From contig NZ_JALDYQ010000013.1 of NCBI RefSeq assembly GCF_032153725.1, forward strand, positions 9,686 through 73,685: DNA of 64,000 nucleotides, in the 5' to 3' direction. This DNA is from Sphingobium sp. (GTDB lineage: Bacteria; Pseudomonadota; Alphaproteobacteria; Sphingomonadales; Sphingomonadaceae). Every line of letters starts with the position of its first letter. Position 1 is the stretch's first letter. The position numbers and the translations under genes were made by a program. This document shows positions 60,811 through 64,000 of the stretch, piece by piece. The notes beneath the pieces are model-generated. The model was not told the DNA's origin, did not search any database, and worked only from the letters and a program-made list of their open reading frames with translations.

Positions 60811-61565
60811 GGCGCCATCTCCAGCCAGAGCGACAGCCCCTCGCCCGGTTCTTCAGGCGGCGCGGTCGCCTCTATGCGCACGGCGTCGGCCCGTGCCCGG
60901 TCAAGGATCGCGGCGGGCACGTCGGGCGCGTGATAGACGCGATCCGCCTCGCCCAGCAGGCGCGCGGCGCGCAGCGTCAGATCATCGGGATCGCCCGAGG
61001 ACAGCCGGATCGCTTCCAGCCGGTCGCCCCCCGCATCGGCGCCCTCGGCCAGCCAGTTCGGCACCGCATCGACCGCCTTGGCCGACAGGGGATCGATCAA
61101 GCCACCCACGGCCAGCCCGGCATCGATCGCCCGTCGCCGCGCCGCCGCATCGGGCCACCGCTTGCGGATCGCCGGCCGTGCATCGAACAATGCCGTCGCA
61201 AGCCCGCCCAGCCGCGCGGGCAACAAAGCCTCGACCCGTTGCCGCAATGCCTTGGCCAGCCCGGCCGAAGCCCCCCCCGTGCCGATCGCGATCAGCACCG
61301 GCTCGCGGTCGACAATGGCGGGCAGGGTGAAGTCGCAAAGGTCCGGCCTGTCCGTCGCGTTCACCAATATGCCGCGCGCCCTCAGCCGGGCCACGGTCGC
61401 CTCATCGCCGTCCGATACGATGGCGAGCGCGGCCTCTTCCGCCTCGCCCACGACCTGTGCGCCTGCCCGCTCCAGCAGGCGGCGCTTGGCCTCCGCCGCC
61501 TCGCCTTGGCCGGTCAGGATGACCGCCCGCCCCTGCAATCGAAGAAAGACGGGCAGGCTCTGCAT
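60807..61565 (-). CDS. cysG: siroheme synthase N-terminal module (precorrin-2 dehydrogenase / sirohydrochlorin ferrochelatase) with vestigial methyltransferase stub
   Basis: 252 aa. Rossmann RAVILTGQGEAAEAKRRLL, NATDRPDLCDFTLPAIV, CysG dimerisation region. It then keeps only about 55 aa resembling the start of the SUMT domain, with GAGPGD degraded to LSSGDPD. Confidence 0.85.
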   Translation of the reverse strand: MQSLPVFLRLQGRAVILTGQGEAAEAKRRLLERAGAQVVGEAEEAALAIVSDGDEATVARLRARGILVNATDRPDLCDFTLPAIVDREPVLIAIGTGGASAGLAKALRQRVEALLPARLGGLATALFDARPAIRKRWPDAAARRRAIDAGLAVGGLIDPLSAKAVDAVPNWLAEGADAGGDRLEAIRLSSGDPDDLTLRAARLLGEADRVYHAPDVPAAILDRARADAVRIEATAPPEEPGEGLSLWLEMAP

Positions 61566-62830
61566 CAGCTATCCAACCAATCCGGGATGCTGTCGCCCTC
61601 GATCAACGCCTCGATCGGCGGACGGGCGCGGACCACGGCCCATTTGTCGCCGGATACCAGCACTTCAGGAGTCAAGGCGCGGCTGTTATAGGTGCTCGCC
61701 ATCGTCGCGCCATAGGCGCCCGCGGTCATGAAGGCGACCAGATCGCCCGCCGCGACCACATCCATGTCGCGATGCATGGCGAAGGTATCGCCCGTCTCGC
61801 AGACCGGACCGACGACATTGGCGGCGGCGCGCTCACCCTTGGGATGGACGGCGCGGATATCGTGCCAGGCATCATAGAGGCTGGGGCGCAGCAGGTCGTT
61901 CATCGCCGCGTCGACGATCACGAACGGCGCCTGCGCACCCTGCTTGACCCGCACCACCTGCGACAGCAGCACGCCCGCATTGCCGACGATCAGGCGCCCC
62001 GGCTCGAACATCAGGCGGACATTCCAGCCCTGCGTGACCCGCGTGACCATCGCGCCATAGTCGGCGGGGCTGGGCGGATGCGGTTGCGAGGGATCATAGG
62101 GCACGCCCAGGCCGCCGCCCAGATCGGCGGTGCGGATGTCATGGCCCGCCTCGCGCAGCTTCCCGATCAGCGCGCCGACCTTGATGAAGGCGGCCTCCAG
62201 CGGGTTGAGGTCAGTGAGCTGGCTGCCGATATGCACCGCCACGCCCTGCACGTCCAGGCCGGGCAGGTCGCGGGCGGCGGCATAGCTGGCCAGCGCCCGG
62301 TCATAGGGGATGCCAAACTTGTTTTCCGACTTTCCGGTGGAGATCTTGGCATGGGTGCCCGCATCGACATCGGGGTTGATGCGATAGGCGACCGGCGCCC
62401 TCTTCCCCATCGACAGGGCGACTTGCGACAGCATCTCCGCTTCAGGTTCGCTCTCCAGATTGAACTGGTAGATGCCCTTTTCCAGCGCGATGCGCATTTC
62501 GTCCGCGGTCTTGCCCACGCCCGAAAAGACGATGCGGCCCGCCGGAATGCCCGCCGCGATGGCGCGCAGCAATTCGCCCGCCGACACCACGTCCGCGCCA
62601 AGACCTTGCCTTCCCAACGTCGCCAGCACGGCTGCATTGGGATTGGCCTTGACCGCAAAGGCGATCAGCGGATCGGCAAGCTGCGACAGCCCTTCGCGGA
62701 ACACGCCGACATGGCGCGTCAGGGTCGCGGTCGAATAGATATAGACGGGCGTGCCGACCTGCGCGGCGATCTCCGCCATCGGCACCTGCTCCACCAGCAT
62801 CGCGCCGTCGACATAGGTAAAATGGTCCAA
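61565..62830 (-). CDS. lysA: diaminopimelate decarboxylase
   Basis: 421 aa. AVKANPN PLP-Lys motif, GGGLGVPY, CETGD. Confidence 0.95.
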   Translation of the reverse strand: MDHFTYVDGAMLVEQVPMAEIAAQVGTPVYIYSTATLTRHVGVFREGLSQLADPLIAFAVKANPNAAVLATLGRQGLGADVVSAGELLRAIAAGIPAGRIVFSGVGKTADEMRIALEKGIYQFNLESEPEAEMLSQVALSMGKRAPVAYRINPDVDAGTHAKISTGKSENKFGIPYDRALASYAAARDLPGLDVQGVAVHIGSQLTDLNPLEAAFIKVGALIGKLREAGHDIRTADLGGGLGVPYDPSQPHPPSPADYGAMVTRVTQGWNVRLMFEPGRLIVGNAGVLLSQVVRVKQGAQAPFVIVDAAMNDLLRPSLYDAWHDIRAVHPKGERAAANVVGPVCETGDTFAMHRDMDVVAAGDLVAFMTAGAYGATMASTYNSRALTPEVLVSGDKWAVVRARPPIEALIEGDSIPDWLDS

Positions 62831-62852
62831 GGCTGTATATCCTAGAGAAATC

Positions 62853-63119
62853 TTATTGGGGGTCGCTCTCGGGCGGCAGGTCGAACGGATCGTCGCCGCG
62901 TACCTTCGACTGGGTCAGCAGTTCGACGTTCCGTTCCGGCCGCGCCTGAATCGAGGGCGTGGTGAGTTGCGCCGCCGTGGGTGCCGTCGCCGCGCCCACC
63001 GGCACGGCGGGCAGGCTCTGGCCCTGCACCGGTTTCAAGGGCTGACGGCCGCCGCAGGACGCCAAAGCCAGCGCCAGCGCGGCCAGTGCTGCCCCCTTGG
63101 CAATCCATGTGACCATCAT
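62853..63119 (-). CDS. small lipoprotein between argH and lysA (LptM/YifL-like position)
   Basis: 88 aa. Lipobox ALAS-C, Pro/Ala-rich. ATGA overlap with the argH stop. The functional label rests on position only. Confidence 0.65.
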   Translation of the reverse strand: MMVTWIAKGAALAALALALASCGGRQPLKPVQGQSLPAVPVGAATAPTAAQLTTPSIQARPERNVELLTQSKVRGDDPFDLPPESDPQ

Positions 63120-64000
63120 TTCTTCCGCCCTTTCGCGTCTTTCCGGGCCTGCGCAATCCGCAGCCGCACCTGATCGGGCGCGGTGCCGCCATGGCTCCCG
63201 CGGCTGGCGACCGAGGCGTCGACCGTCAGCACCGCATAGATACGCTCATCGATCCGCGCATCAATGGCCTTCAATGTTTCGATCGGCAGATCGGCCAACT
63301 GCACGCCCGCCCCTTCCGCCGCCGCCACCGCGCGGCCGGTGATGTGATGCGCCTCGCGGAAGGGCACATTACCCTCCCGCACCAGCCAGTCCGCCAGATC
63401 GGTCGCGGTGGCGAAACCGCTTTCCGCCAGCCCGCGCATCCGGTCGGTGCGGAAGGTCACGGTTTCGATCATCCCGGTCATCGCCGCGATGGACAGGCCC
63501 AGCAGGTCATGCGCCTCAAACACCGGCGGCTTGTCGTCCTGCATGTCCTTCGAATAAGCGAGCGGCAGGCCCTTCATCGTCACGCACAGCGCATTCATGC
63601 AACCCATGATCCGCCCGGCATGGCCGCGCACCAGCTCGGCGGCGTCGGGGTTGCGTTTCTGCGGCATGATCGAGCTGCCGGTCGAATAGGCGTCGGGCAG
63701 CTTGACGAAGCCGAAGGGCTGGCTCGCCCAGATGATGAACTCCTCCGCCAGACGCGACAGATGCAGGCTGCACTGGGTCGCGGCCATCAGATAATCGAGC
63801 GCGAAGTCGCGGTCCGACACGCTGTCGAGGCTGTTGTCGGTCGGCCTGGCGAAGCCGAGCGCCGCCGCAGTGGCATGACGATCGATCGGGAAGCCCGTCC
63901 CGGCCAGCGCCGCCGCGCCCAGCGGACATTCGTTGAGCCGCTCCCGCGCATCGGCAAAGCGGCTGCGATCACGGCGGACCATCTCATGATAGGCCATGAG
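63116..64000 (-). CDS. argH: argininosuccinate lyase, C-terminal part (start beyond window)
   Basis: [16 protein letters not shown] fumarate-lyase signature. The frame runs off the right edge of the window. Confidence 0.93.
   Translation of the reverse strand, partial: LMAYHEMVRRDRSRFADARERLNECPLGAAALAGTGFPIDRHATAAALGFARPTDNSLDSVSDRDFALDYLMAATQCSLHLSRLAEEFIIWASQPFGFVKLPDAYSTGSSIMPQKRNPDAAELVRGHAGRIMGCMNALCVTMKGLPLAYSKDMQDDKPPVFEAHDLLGLSIAAMTGMIETVTFRTDRMRGLAESGFATATDLADWLVREGNVPFREAHHITGRAVAAAEGAGVQLADLPIETLKAIDARIDERIYAVLTVDASVASRGSHGGTAPDQVRLRIAQARKDAKGRKK

Overview
This is a high-GC (about 65%) alphaproteobacterial chromosome segment. It is most consistent with a sphingomonad. That is an inference from families such as GapR/DUF2312 and the DUF1476 ATPase zeta inhibitor, from hrcA-grpE / rph-rdgB-hemW synteny, and from the intergenic repeat families. 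I call 70 protein-coding genes, two of them truncated by the window edges (trpS, argH). One, rpmJ, is absent from the supplied ORF track. Almost everything is core housekeeping: pyk, yebC-ruvC, hrcA-grpE, rph-rdgB-hemW, grxD-bolA, leuCD, aceA plus its ScfR/RamB-type regulator, nadC/nadA, xerC, gshB, rsmI, lysA, argH. Three functional islands stand out. (i) A B12 uptake locus: btuB behind a cobalamin riboswitch, plus btuF and btuCD. (ii) A nitrate-assimilation cluster, nasT-nasS-narK-nirBD-nasA-cobA, with mobA next to it. (iii) A TetR-controlled EmrAB-OMF efflux operon. I saw no rRNA, tRNA, CRISPR array, transposase, integron or phage gene. I did not find convincing evidence for a new multi-gene system (defence, toxin-antitoxin or secretion) and will not claim one. 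The most interesting signals are cis-regulatory or structural. Two paralogous ANTAR/NasT dual-hairpin antitermination leaders sit in front of narK and nirB. A ZntB/CorA-family gene has a conserved N-terminus with no canonical start codon, and it abuts a siroheme-synthase gene that keeps only a vestige of its methyltransferase domain. Other signals are a twin-operator, near-leaderless divergent TetR/efflux promoter, a cluster of TTTGCAAA-like octamers between aceA and its regulator, and a 37-codon ORF translationally wedged between leuC and leuD. There is also a PadR regulator with a His/RGG-rich disordered N-terminus, several REP/MITE-like repeat families, and a co-directional trio of uncharacterised genes at 23.3-25.2 kb. 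All family assignments come from reading the translations, not from database searches.
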